Origin: Octopus bimaculoides
Taxonomy: Eukaryota
Length of the DNA stretch: 64,000 nt
Direction: 5' to 3'
NCBI RefSeq assembly: GCF_001194135.2
Contig: NC_068981.1
Span: 55,673,471 to 55,737,470 of the forward strand
A program made the position numbers and the translations under genes. Positions 37,596 to 50,100 of this stretch are shown in pieces. Under the pieces are notes generated by a model, which was not told the origin of the DNA, made no database searches, and worked only from the letters and a program-made list of their open reading frames with translations. Numbering within the stretch: position 1 is the first letter of the stretch; each line of letters starts with the position of its first letter.

Positions 37596-39196
37596 GTGTG
37601 TGTATCCACTTATATTGACATCACATGATGTGATGTCAATATAAGTATATCTTTCAGTTTCTGCCTACCAAATCCACTCACAAGGTGCTATGAAGAAGAC
37701 AAAACCCACACGAAATGGTTTGGAAGTGGGCTGCTTAAACACAGTTATGCCAGGACCTTTCTATAAAATTATATTTAATGCTAAATTTTTACATATATAA
37801 GTGAATTTTCCATTTCAAATTCTTGTTAAGCATGCAAACAACCTTCATTTATTTTTCTTTTTGTCACTAAATTATGATGAACGAGAAAGAGCTAGTCATA
37901 TCTATTTTCCAATTACTTCTGTAATTTTACAAGAGACTTTTCAATACTGTCTCAGGTGAAATTGGAGTAAAAAACTGGTAAATGAAACAGTGAGATAAAC
38001 AACATTCTGGTACAGTTCTTGTTATTTCTAATAAAACTACAACAAATACTGAATCAAATTAAGCTAATTTTAAGTGTATGCATACATTACATATGAAAAG
38101 CATGTCTGAGGAAACTGGTGGTGGTGTGCATCAGCAAAAATTATACATTGAAGTTCTTGACTTTGAAGAAGTTCAAATACAATAGGGAGAAAAGGAATCT
38201 GATGTTTCAGGACTGCTCTTTGTCTGAGAGGAAAGAAATTTTTCCTCTCAGTCAGTCTTGAAACATCAGATTCTTCTTTCCACCATGACATACAAACTTA
38301 TTCAAACTCGTGAATTATGGCTTGAAGAGACTGGAAAAGAGTTTTATCTGTTTGGCATTGCCAGTGTTATCAGGTTGGATCTAGACTTGATGACATGTTA
38401 ATAACAAGATTCTCTAAAGATTAAGCAGCACCAAAACATACGACCTTTCTACCTTGATGTAATTTGTCTCGTTATTTATATAAGCCTATCTCATTAGTTC
38501 CTCTTTAACTGAATAAACTGTCATAGCCTCTTGCACACCAAATAAATGTGTATTCTTCAAAGCTATCAACAGATCATATCTTCTGAACATATCATCTACG
38601 ATAATTTTTTTTCACTCACATTCGCAAATTTACCTTTTCTTTTATCTTTCACATTGAGTGTCAAAACCAAAACACTTCATTGCGAATTAGTTCAAAATTC
38701 TATCAAATGATTTTAGTCTTAAGAAATCTCAAAATATTCATGAAAACAAAATATATTTAAAAATTTTTCCAATAATTTTTTTAAATCTCAGAACAGAGGT
38801 TGGGTGTAAGCTATGGCACTGATTGATAGTTCAACTAGATATGTCAGAAATCCTAGAAAAGTAGCGAACCATAGACTGTCCTCACTGGATTTCTATTTCA
38901 CGTAATATTTGATGTATGGTTATGAAAATAAAGAAACACGTCGTCGAGGAAGACCGGGAATTAAAAGGTTAAGAAAATATGAAGTCAATACATTCCATGA
39001 AACTACACTAACTATGCAAAGATTAGATAAACCACGGAACTAAATTAACTAAAAGAAAAATTGAGGGAATGAAGTAATAATGAACCGACAAAAAACAAAT
39101 TGAATTCGGCAGTGATTACGAATGATGTGGATGAAATAAAAATATAAATATAAAAGGGACATTTTCGGTAAACGAAATCTAAAATATATTAACGAT

Positions 39197-39487
39197 ACTT
39201 ACATAACAATGTAGATCGTAGATGAAATGATATGTTGATGTAATATATGAGAAATTTATGAAGACTGATAGATTCACCAGAACATTCTTACAAGATATAT
39301 GTAGTTTTTTTTTTAATCTGGTAAATGAACAATCTCTTAATTACATCAATCTATTAATTATTACTGAGACAATGTTAACAAATCTAAAGAAATAATATCT
39401 ACAATGTTTATATATTTCGTAAACAGGCGGCGACGATAATCAACGAACTGTCATTTATAGGAAGCGAAGAACGCACCTCTGATCAGT
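39197..39487 (-). promoter_or_regulatory. Predicted promoter and non-coding exon 1 of ZF5 (exon ends 39203, GT at 39202-39201)
   Basis: Minus strand ctacattgttat|gtaagtatcgttaatatattttag; homologous over ~290 nt to 51139-51430 and 59077-59390; CpG-retaining. Confidence 0.7.
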
Positions 39488-40220
39488 AGAGAGTGCTAAA
39501 ATTAGTACGCCCACTGTCCAGCACGATCTTATTTTCAGGTATTGTCTATCAAGAACTCCACTCTCTGGTGTACCTTTGTCTTTTAATCCCAAGTCATACC
39601 TTACCCAACAAGACCTATTATCACCGGTGATCTCAGCCATGGCCATTTTCATTATAAAATCTTCCACGCTTTTGAACATCTGAGGAATTTCAACCATGTT
39701 TCGTGGTCTGCTATCACAACAGCTCCTTTATAGGATCCAGTTAGCTCAAGACATCATCAGGAGGAACCACGTCCGGTTTCGGCCCCTACTCCTCTACCGT
39801 TTTGACGTGGCGGGACCCCCCTTTCGGAGGTGTCTTCAGCTCTGGTGTTGGGTGCATGTCTTCTTTCTTCTATTCCCTGGCCTCTTCGATGCAGCATCAA
39901 CGAGTGTCAGTGTCCGACTGACTGGCTTGTCAAATTCCCCTTTTTATACCTGCTGCTAGGCTCCAGCAGGCTGCCCCAGCAAGTTGTCACGTGACACTGT
40001 CTAAATTTCCCGCTGCTAGGGTCCAGTAGGCAGTATTCTGTCAGTTATAACTGTGTTGATATGGTTTTTCTTCCCATTTGCGAATCTAGAACTCCATTAA
40101 CTTGTGTGGGCATTTTCTAAAGAAATAATATCCACAATGTTTATATATTTAGTAAACAGGCGGCGATGATAATCAACGAACTGTCATTTATAGGAAGCGA
40201 AGAACGCACCTCTAATCAGT
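39383..40220. repeat. 105-bp direct repeat (39383-39487 and 40116-40220), 4 mismatches
   Basis: tctaaagaaataatatc…acgcacctct(g/a)atcagt aligned by eye. Confidence 0.92.
39690..40005 (-). mobile_element. Unclassified TATA-containing repeat (LTR- or Penelope-pLTR-like), copy 1
   Basis: 39837-40005 is the reverse complement of 57660-57818 (10-nt indel, few substitutions); GC/CpG-richer than its flanks; tataaaaagggg. Confidence 0.6.
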
Positions 40221-41068
40221 TTTTCGATTGTTTTCTTTGATACAAGCTTTCTAAATCTTAATTTATTCCATCCCCTTTTTTTTCGTTAGAAGCCTGTAGG
40301 TAGCTTTAAATCTTTCAGAATTTCAATCTTTTCATAGCTTGCTTATAATGTATTCATATCTATTACGTTTGCTGTCCTTGTGATGAAACCTTTATTCTAG
40401 CTATTAAGTGACGTTCTCAATCCCGATGGTTACGCTCCAATTCAGAATATAATTCGTGTGGGTCAGTCGAGCTGCAAGGAATAACTGCTAAATCGCAGTT
40501 ATTAATAATAATAATAATAAAAATAAAAAAGGACACAGCTTTGAGAAACATAATATGCAGGAGGGATGGTGAAAAGACGATAATGCTTGGAACATCTTTT
40601 TTCCGTGATGGAAAGTTTCTAGTTTTTCTGTGCACTCAGAGCTGAGGGTTCATTCGGTTGCGCTATGAAAGTTTTAGCCGTGAGCTACATTATTTTCGGT
40701 TATTTAACCTACAACCGCTAGAAGAAATAATATCTTATTTAACCACAGGCTAACATAAAAAAAAGACACTAATTTCTCGTATGTTAGCAGGTGTTATTTC
40801 ACATTCTCTCTTTGTCTTTTGTGTGCGTGTGTACTTTAAATCTATCGGACAAGATTGTATGAGCCCCATAGTCAGGTAGTTTTGAGAGATCCTTGCGTTA
40901 GACACAGCCGAAAGTTTACTGACGTAACAACTTGTTTTCCCCAAATTTCTTGAGAGCAAGTGCCTACTGGTGAATGGCATAACAAAGTAGTTCGGCATTA
41001 GATCTAACTTTTTCGGAAATAGTCCTGGTAGTTATCGAGAAGGGAGATTCTAGATGTTGGAGAAGGTT

Positions 41069-41260
41069 GATTGCAAATTTTTGGCACAATGTCAGTAATT
41101 TCACGGGAGGAGATAAGTGGATTACATCACCCTCAGTACTTAGCTGGTACTTTATTTTATCTCCTCCAAAAGAATAAAAGGCAAAGTCGACCTCAGCGGA
41201 CTTTGAACTCAGAAGGTAAGGATGGACGAAATTCCGCTAAGCATTTCGCTCGGCGTAACA
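41069..41260 (-). mobile_element. tRNA-derived SINE (second family), left arm of head-to-head pair
   Basis: aaaggcaaagtcgacctcagcggactttgaactcagaa…ctaagcatttcgctcggcg. Confidence 0.85.
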
Positions 41261-41266
41261 GCTGTC

Positions 41267-41467
41267 AAGGCGGCTAGCTGGCAGAACACGTTACGGCGCC
41301 GGAAAAAAAAATACTTAGCGGCATTTTTTCTGGTTTTACACTCCGAGATCAAATGTCACCGAGGTCGACTTTGCTTTTCATTCTTAAGTACCAGTGGAAC
41401 ACTGGGGTCGATATAATTGACTTATCCCCTTCCTCGAAATTGCTAACCATGTGCCAAAATTTGAAAT
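41267..41467 (+). mobile_element. tRNA-derived SINE (second family), right arm of head-to-head pair
   Basis: ggcggctagctggcagaa…gaggtcgactttgcttttcatt…aagtaccagt…actggggtcgat. Confidence 0.85.
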
Positions 41468-41974
41468 AATTATTAATTGCTGTCTCCAACATTTTTGAGA
41501 TGTTAAAAGTGTATGCAATAGCACAAAGTTGACAGGATTGTCCTTCTTGAGAATGGGATTCTTTACATTTGATAGAGATCGTTTTAGCAAAGGAACAAAA
41601 GGATTGACTATAGTTTGGGAGGCAAAAATGCTTGCAGACTGAATGTACGGTGACGTTTCTCCCAGTTTTGGATAATGATATTATAGAAGTTTTATGTATA
41701 TTTTTCCTTAATCACACTACTTACATCACCATCGTTTTTACGTCCACTTTCCATACTTCCGTAGGTCAGAAGGAATTCATTGAGATATTTTCTACAACCA
41801 GATACTGGTTGTCTATGCCAACACTCACTTGTTTCAAAGCAAACATATTTCCCCATAGGCATACATATTAACACAAGATTGGAAACAAAGGACATTGCTT
41901 GTATGATGGTGATAGTTGCTTATAAGTATCCTATGATGTCAAGACACAAAGACAAAACATGCATGTACATAAAT

Positions 41975-43250
41975 ACAGGGTTCTTAATTTATAAAACTGT
42001 ACCCAGTGTAAGCTATGGACACATAAAAGGTGCAGCAATATCAAAGGAAGGTTAACTGGGACGATAGTTTTTGTGTGTAGTAGATGCACAAGTTCAATAA
42101 ACACTGAAGATATACAGAAAACAGATTCCATCCCATGCCAGAGGGAAAAACTAGAAGTGGTTGATAGCTTCCATTACCTAGGTGACCAAGTCAGTAGCGA
42201 GAGTGGATGACCTGAGAGTGTAGCTGCTAGAATGTGAATAGCTTGGGTAAAATTCAGAGAGCTCCTACCTCTGCTGGTAACAAAGGCCTCTTGCTCAGAG
42301 TGAAAGGTAGACTGTATGATGCCTGTATGCAAACAGCCATGCTACATGGCAGTGAAACATGGGCTGTGACTGCTGAGGACATGTGTAGTCTTAAAAGAAA
42401 TGAAGCTAGTATGCTCCACTGGTTGTGTAATGTTAGCGTGCATACATGACAGAGTGGAAGCACCCTGAGAGAAAAGTTGGATATAAGAATCATCAGATGT
42501 GTGCAAGAGAGACGATTGCATTGGTATAGGCATGTGATGCGTGTGGATGAGGACAGCTATGTGAAAAAGTGTCACCCCCAACAGTGGAGGTAACCTGCAG
42601 AAGAGGTAGAGCCAGGAAAACATAGGATGAAGTGGTGAAGCACGACCTTTGAATGTTGGGCCTCACAGAGGTAATAACAAGTGACTGAGGCCTTTGGAGA
42701 TATGCTGTGCTTGAGGAGACCTGGCAAGCCAAGTGAGATTGTAGCCATGGCTTATGCCAGTGTTGTATAACTGGCCCATTTAAAAACACCCTTCAATCAC
42801 CAAGCAATATGCCGTGCTTGTGAAGACCTGTTGAACCAAATGAAATCAGTTGTGGCTGATACCAGTGCTACCTGACTGGCACATAAAAAGCACTATTCAA
42901 GCACGGCTGATGCTAGTGCCACCTAACTGGCACCCGTGCCAGTGGCATGTAATAAGCACCATTTGAGTGTGGCCGATGCTAATGCTGCCTGGCTGGCACC
43001 TATGCTGGTAGCATGTAAAAGGCACCATTCAAGCGTGACCAATGCCAATGCCACCAGACTGGCTCCCATGCCGGTGGCACATAAAAAGCACCAACAACAA
43101 TCTTGGAGTGGTTGGCATTAGGAAGGGCATCTGGCTGTAGAAACCTTGCTAAATCAGATTGGAGCCTGGTGCAACCTTCCGGCTTGCCAGTCCTCAGTCA
43201 AACCAGTCAACCTATGCCAGCATGGAAAGCAGACATTAAACGATGCTGTT
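41975..43250 (+). mobile_element. RTE LINE 3' portion with 3' UTR sub-repeats
   Basis: Decayed RVKGRLYDAC…MLHGSETWAVT; ~66-bp tandem units at 42858-43100; tail attaaacgatg. Confidence 0.88.
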
Positions 43251-43277
43251 AATAATATACATATATATATATGCATA

Positions 43278-43788
43278 CAGTAATGCCTTGATATAGGACT
43301 TCATTTGTGCCCAGAGACCATTCATAAAGCAGAGCAATAATTTCCCATAGTAGCAATGTTATAAATCGTAATTCGTTCCCAGAAAAATATTTTACCTATA
43401 AAATTTATAAAACTCATAAATAAATGGCAATAAAACAGCAGTAGAATGTAAAGAATATTTTATGTAAAGTAAAAAGAACGTGAAGATCATTTACAATAAA
43501 AAATATTATTATGATCGTTTTCTGAATCACTTTCACTCACACTAGACTCATGCACACCATCGTTAATAGATGCAATCACCAATTCACAAGCACTTGTAGA
43601 TTTCTTTTTAAAAAACATGCCCAGAATTGTTTGCTTAGAAGAAGCTTTTTTTTCACTCTATAAATTTCTAGGTAATATGCAGAAGCACTTACGGTAGTAG
43701 AAACTTTTGTACTTCATTCAAAATTTGGATTTTGTGCTTGAAAAATAAAACTCATAAACCCGGAGCCTCGTAAAGTGAGGTATTACTG
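43278..43788. mobile_element. Tigger/pogo-like (Tc1/mariner) non-autonomous element, TA TSD
   Basis: TA|CAGTAATGCCTTGA … TGAGGTATTACTG|TA; the minus strand holds KQTILGMFFKK, similar to Tigger transposase C-termini. Confidence 0.72.
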
Positions 43789-44492
43789 TATATATATACA
43801 CACACACACACACATATATATATATAAATAAACATTCATTAATGCCTGGGTGTTATTATCAATGTAACATATATATATGAGCCAATGAGTAAGACATCTA
43901 TGTAGCTACACCCGAGAGAAATAGTAACTGATTCTCTCTCTTGTGTCAAATCATTCTGTTTGATGTTATTTTGATACAATACCTTAGCACTGCTGGTATT
44001 TAATAATGCTGTAAGTGTTATAACAAACATTTGTTAGTGTTTAATAATGTTATGATGGTTATAACAGACACTATGAAAAATCAGGCTTCTTTATCATAAA
44101 ACAAAGCAGCTACAGTCAGTAAACCTAATGAGAACAAAATCATAAACTGACATCCCACAAAAAAAAAAGTGATTAAGAAAACAACTACATGTTTAGATTT
44201 ATTTTCTATCATTCTAATATTTGTTGTCAGGGATGTTAAAAAACTGGATATTCCTGTTGACTAGAAGCAATTCAGCAAATAACACACCAACTACATGAAC
44301 AATAGATAAAGCTAAGGTTACTGCATCATAAAAGTGATTATAATGAATCATTGATCTCATTGGTAGCTGGTCAGCTATGTTTTTCACTAATGTTATATGT
44401 ATACCAAAACTACCTCCACTTTAATATAAATCAGTAATATGTGTCATGCTTGGACACTAGCGAAATGTCAGTTACATTGAAAAAGTTTTGAA

Positions 44493-44866
44493 CGCAGGAG
44501 TGGCTGTGTGGTAAGTAGCTTGCTTACCAACCACATGGTTCCAGGTTCATTCCCAATGCGTGGCACCTTGGGCAAGTGTCTTCTACTATAGCTTCGGGCC
44601 AACCAAAGCCTTGTGAGTGGATTTGGTAGACGGAAACTGAAAGAAGCCCGTTGTATATATATATGTGTGTGTGTGTTTGTCCCCCCCAACATCGCTTGAC
44701 AACCAATGGTGGTGTGTTTACGTCCCCGTAGCTTAGTGGTTTGGCGAAAGAGACCGATAGAATAAGTACTAGGCATCCAAGGAATAAGTCCTGGGGTCAA
44801 TTTGCTTGACTAAAGGCGGTGCTCCAGCATGGCTGCAATCAAATGACTGAAACAAGTAAAAGAGTA
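44493..44866 (+). mobile_element. Full-length tRNA-derived CORE-type SINE (least diverged copy)
   Basis: gcaggagtggctgtgtggtaag…ggcaccttgggcaagtgtcttctactatag…caaatgactgaaacaagtaaaag. Confidence 0.9.
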
Positions 44867-46090
44867 TGTTATAGTTGTAAGTCTCCATATTTGATATTTG
44901 CACTGTGACACAAGCAAGCTGTAAATATTCTTAAAATTCCATTAAGTTGATAAAAGAGTTATAGATGTTATAATCTTCACTTCATTGTTTCTTCATTTTA
45001 TACTTCTGTCATCTCCTTCCTAAACATAACATCTAAGACACTTCACAATTAGTTCTGCCACATGACGTACCAAGATAGTTGCTTGGCATGCTAAAAATAT
45101 CAGCCAAATCGCCCTCATAACCACTAGCATCTTTAAAAAAAATGGAACACCACATGGCAGAAACATTTAAGAAAGACATTTATCACAAGTCAGCTCAACG
45201 TTGAATTGTAAGCAACATTACTCCACATATCCAAAGTTTGTTCCATCTAAAAGTTTGATATCAATGTATCATAGCTGATACACTCAACATTACACAACTT
45301 GACATGTGTCATTATCATATTTCATTGGGTCTTATATGGTCATGATAGATCAATTATCATTGATAACTCATTGTTTCTTCATACAGACATTACAGTTTAA
45401 CTATCCAATCAACTGTTTTGTCTATTCACATATTTCTGGATCCATCACCCTTGATTCCATTTATCCCTTTAATAACACTGCAACTCAACTCTTCTTACTA
45501 ATTTCACTGATCATGAATATTAAATCATTACTTGTCATTAAAATTTATATTTTAATGATTTATGTTCTATCCATGGTATCCTTGACATTCTTCTGTACGA
45601 TCACATTTCAAATTCTAGTTTTGTGATTACAATAATTTTAAAATCCCTTGTTTTCTATATACTTTCCAATACAATATCAACTGTCCAATTCTTCATCTCA
45701 TCTCAGTTCTCCCTTCTCTTATGATTGTAAATCATTTTTACATCTCATTCATCGGTTTATTCTATAGTTGTATTAACTATCAACAATGTTTTTATTTTAT
45801 TCACAACTATTGATCTTTTTTTTCCAGGAGACCCATTTTCATTCTATATAGAATTTTACTAATCAATTACATTTCTCACAAGTAGTTATTACAGATAAAA
45901 AGGTTATCAGTAACCATCATATATTTCACATTATTCAACTCTCATAAAGTCTATGTTACTAACATTTAGTCTTCATCAGTAAAGGATAAGATATTTTAGA
46001 GCTTCAAAGTAAACAATAATTAGTTAAGATCATTTTGAAAAACATGTATACTTAAAACATCCTTATATTGATGATAAATGTATAATTTTT

Positions 46091-46458
46091 AGGTGTGGGT
46101 GTGTGGTAAGAAGCTTGCTTCCCAACCACATGGTTCTGGGTTCAGTCCCACTGTGTGGCACCTTGGGCAAGTGTCTTCTACTATAGCCTCAGGCCAACCA
46201 AAGCTTTGAGAGTGAATTTGGCAGAGGGAACCTGAAAGAAGCCTGTCGTGTATATATATACATGACAGGTCTCCTACCACCACTTGACAACAGGTGTTGG
46301 TGTGTTTACATCCCTATAACTTAGCGTTCAGCAAAGGACAGAAATAGAATAAGTACTAGGCTTAAAAAATAAGTCCTGGGGTTTATTTGTTCAACTAAAA
46401 CCCTTCAAGGTGGGGCCCCGACATGGCTGCAGTCAAATGACTGAAACAAGTAAATGAT
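46091..46458 (+). mobile_element. Full-length tRNA-derived CORE-type SINE
   Basis: Colinear with 44493-44866. Confidence 0.88.
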
Positions 46459-46506
46459 AAATGATATCAATATATTTTGGTTAAGATAAATAAAACAATT
46501 GTTTCT

Positions 46507-46729
46507 TATTTCTTTATTGCCCACAAGGGGCTAAACATAGAGGAGACAAACAAGGACAAAGGGATTAAGTCGATTACATCGACCGAAGTGTGTAACTGGT
46601 ACTTAATTTATCGACCCTGAAAGGATGAAAGGCAATGTTGACCTCGGCGGAATTTGAACTCAGAACGTAGCGGCAGACGAAATACTGCGAAGCATTTCGC
46701 CCAGCATGCTAACATTTCTGCCAGCTCTC
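46507..46729 (-). mobile_element. tRNA-derived SINE (second family) with 11-bp TSD
   Basis: caattgtttct at 46496-46506 and 46730-46740. Confidence 0.9.
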
Positions 46730-48342
46730 CAATTGTTTCTATGTGGCTATTTGTATATGATGCTAATGCTTGGTGAAAATACCACATTTATCAGTTCTTT
46801 CCTGTGCAACTGTATTTATGAAAACAATAATGAAATATTCTAAACCAATCTGTACAACACTGAAACATCTCCGCTTAAGTCCCAAAAGTAGGATTGTCTA
46901 TTAGACAAGCAAAAGGACAGATTTTATAATCTCCTTGTCTAAGATACTCCAAAAATCGATATCAATGATATCATTTTCATAGTGGTTAATTACTATGGCC
47001 ATGTAAGGTAACACAAAGATGATACACTGATATGGAAGCATTGAACTTGATACAAGGAATAAAGAGGGATTAAAATTCTTGAATTTTTCTGATGAAAGGC
47101 TCTTATCATTTTTACAACAGAAGTATCAGAAAACTGGTTACTTACTTTGCAGGTGAATATGAGGTACATGTTGATGTTGTCTTAATTGAAGTGATTGATT
47201 TATAATGATTCACTTACTATAACCACTAGCACACACGAGTGGTTTCCTCTCTTTGCTCTACAATGGCCTATAGTGAAACTAAAGTTCATAACTGCAACCA
47301 TTTAGAATTCTTCTTACACTCATGCTATTCCATTAACTGCTATCGCACAAACATACCAAATGCCATGGTTATCACTACTCTACACTTGATAACCTACAAA
47401 ATCAATCCAAACTGCAAGACAATCTGTTCATATAAACCAGAATGTCAATGCACAAGTTCATCAGAAGTAATACTGGTACATTTATTCTTATTGAATGTTA
47501 AATGAGGAGTATAAGTGGAAACATGTGGGAGTACTCCATGTGGAGTTCTTAAGATTAGTTTCAGCAAAGACGGGGAAAGCAACAGGTTCATAAGTAATAA
47601 TTACTGAGATATTGAAAGCATCAAGACATATAACTGTTATGCTAGCTCACACTCAGCTAACCAGATTGAGTAGGAAAATATTAACTCCAAAGACAACTTC
47701 AGTTGTTTCCTCAACTGCAAGAAAGAATAATCATAAAGACTGCATCGAAAATAGACAGTTACAGACGCTTCAGAATCATAAATCAGATCTAGAAAATAAC
47801 TAATAGTTTAGCTAAAATTGAAACAGAATAGTGTCAACTTGGATAAAATGTAATTTGTGTTTGTGCCAAAATGTGGCGCTATTGGTACTATATTTCAACT
47901 AATTCACTGGCAAGAGAAAGTTTCAATTAAGAACAAACAGTTTATTTATATTTGGAGAATGTTTTTGAAGCAGTACAAAATGCTTGTGACTTCTGGAAAG
48001 TGGCTTATTTAATATGTAGAAAGGAATTAAGAAGAAGCTCAAAAATTGTTTAGAGAAAGATATACAAATGATGTAGAGATATTCTGGAAGTGATAAATTA
48101 GATGTTTTAGATGTAACAGAAGTAGTTAATAACGAATGCAGGAAATGTTTAGCTTATTCACATACTCGGTACATAGAGAAGATGTAATGGTATATCAAAT
48201 GTATTGCCAACCTTGAAATAATGGATGTTAAAATGATGGTGAAGAAAAGAGGACAGTGGTGTTGTAAAATCCATATACTCAAATAAATTAATGATAAAAT
48301 AGAGTTATTTGTAGAAAATAGTTTATTATGAATGTATCATAG

Positions 48343-49677
48343 CTATGGTTTCTCTCCTGTGTGTATACGTTTGTGTTGAGTTAAATTATCACTTCTAGAA
48401 AATGTCTCACTACAGATATCACAGTGGTATGGTCTTTCTCCTGAGTGAATACGTTTGTGTCGAGAGAAATGACCACTTTGAGAGAATGTTTTACCACAGA
48501 CATCACAGTGGTATGGTCTTACTCCTGTGTGGATACGTATGTGACGTGACAAATTAGCACTTCCAGAACATGTTTTACCACAGATATCACAGTCATATGG
48601 TCTTTCTTCTGTGTGAATACGTTTGTGGAGAACCAAATCAGCACTTTCAGAATATGTTTTACCACAGATTTCACAGTAGTATGGTCTCTTTCCTGTGTGA
48701 ATACGTTTGTGGGAAACTAAAGTACTTGAAAGAGCAAATGCTCTACCACAAACATCACAATGGTATGGTTTTTCTCCAGTGTGAATACGTTTGTGGTCAA
48801 CTAAATGACCTTTCTCAGAGAATGCTTTACCACAGTCATCGCAATTATATGGCTTCTCCCCTGTGTGAATACGTTTGTGTCGAGAGAGATGACCACTTTC
48901 AGGGAATGTTTTACCACATACATCACAGTGGTATGGTCTTTCCCCTGAGTGAATACGTATGTGTCGAGAGAAATGTGCAATTTGAGAGAATGATTTATCA
49001 CAGATATCACAATGATATGGTCTTTCTCCTGTGTGAAGACGTATGTGGCGAGACAAAGCAGCACTTCCAGAAAATGATTTGTCACAGATATCACAGTGGT
49101 ATGGATTCTTTTCTGCGTGAGTACGTTTGTGTGTAGACAAGTTAGAACTTCCAGAATAGGATTTACCACAGATATCACACTGATATGGTTTTTCACCAGT
49201 GTGAACACGTTTGTGGGTAACCAAATTGCCAGGCACAGAAAATGCCTTATCACAGATATCACATTTGTATGGTTTTTCTCCTGTATGAATACGTTTGTGG
49301 GCAACTAAACCACCATTCTCAGAGAATGCTTTACCACAAATATCGCAATGGTATGGCTTTTCCCCAGTGTGAATACGTTTATGTTGAGAGAAATTATACT
49401 TTTGAGAGAAACTTTTATCACAAATATCACAGCGGTATGGTTTTTCTCCTGTGTGAATGCGTTTGTGTCGAGAGAAATGACTACTCTGAGCAAATGTTTT
49501 ACCACAAATATCACACTGATGTTGTTTTTTGATTGTGTGAATACATTTATGAGAAGATAACAATTTCCTTGAAGTGAATAACTTCCAACATATATCACAA
49601 GGGTGCAATTTCACCTCTGTATTTTCTTCTGTCTGATTAGATGAATCAGTTGCTTCAGGCTCAGTTGTCTCATCCAT
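48343..49677 (-). CDS. ZF6: poly-C2H2 zinc-finger protein, 444 aa, 15 fingers
   Basis: Intact ORF; leader [23 protein letters not shown]. Confidence 0.93.
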   Translation of the reverse strand: MDETTEPEATDSSNQTEENTEVKLHPCDICWKLFTSRKLLSSHKCIHTIKKQHQCDICGKTFAQSSHFSRHKRIHTGEKPYRCDICDKSFSQKYNFSQHKRIHTGEKPYHCDICGKAFSENGGLVAHKRIHTGEKPYKCDICDKAFSVPGNLVTHKRVHTGEKPYQCDICGKSYSGSSNLSTHKRTHAEKNPYHCDICDKSFSGSAALSRHIRLHTGERPYHCDICDKSFSQIAHFSRHIRIHSGERPYHCDVCGKTFPESGHLSRHKRIHTGEKPYNCDDCGKAFSEKGHLVDHKRIHTGEKPYHCDVCGRAFALSSTLVSHKRIHTGKRPYYCEICGKTYSESADLVLHKRIHTEERPYDCDICGKTCSGSANLSRHIRIHTGVRPYHCDVCGKTFSQSGHFSRHKRIHSGERPYHCDICSETFSRSDNLTQHKRIHTGEKP

Positions 49678-50065
49678 AACGTTTCTCTTTTAATCAATAT
49701 TTTCTCTGTATGATGGTTTTTATTAAAGCCTAATGATGTTTTGGCTCTTGAAAAAGAACTTCAAGTGAATTTATTAGACAGAATTTTGTAAATTGATAAC
49801 AAGTAACTAAAGGATCATTATTAAACTAGCTCCAATGCACAAAATATATCCAGAAATTAAAATCCTTACACATAAGACTGTAAAAATTCATGGTAAATCC
49901 TCGAAGTACAGAAAATTGTCCAGTAAACGTGTTGTAATTTTTACAAATATTCTTAGTTCCAAATAAATTTTTTCACATCCGTTCAACCAAGAGTTATAGA
50001 AAATAGTTAACATTAGGTTGATGAAGTTATTTTCAGTCTTCTGTGAAATATTTTAATCTCAATGT

Positions 50066-50100
50066 TATCTGATAACCTGTAACAAAAGACAACATAAGAA
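50066..50100 (-). promoter_or_regulatory. Predicted splice acceptor of ZF6 (AG 50078-50077; exon starts 50076)
   Basis: gttgtcttttgttacag|GTTATCAGATA on the minus strand. Confidence 0.75.

Noticed and set aside
39730-39845. Hammerhead-ribozyme-like words on the minus strand (CUGAAGA-hairpin…ACGUC; GAAAC…CUGAUGA)
   Set aside because: No GAAA follows stem II in the first, stems I and II do not pair in the second, and the order is not a valid permutation; at best a degenerate relic. An Infernal scan would settle it.
7841-41048. Matches to the predicted ZF site nAGGGAGAn in the MITE (7841), an RTE (8818-8826) and 41040
   Set aside because: A 7-8 nt motif is expected several times by chance in 64 kb, it is absent from the other RTE copy, and the recognition-code prediction is weak.
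22688-46458. tRNA-like A/B boxes
   Set aside because: They are SINE heads; no cloverleaf or anticodon arm, so no tRNA gene is called.
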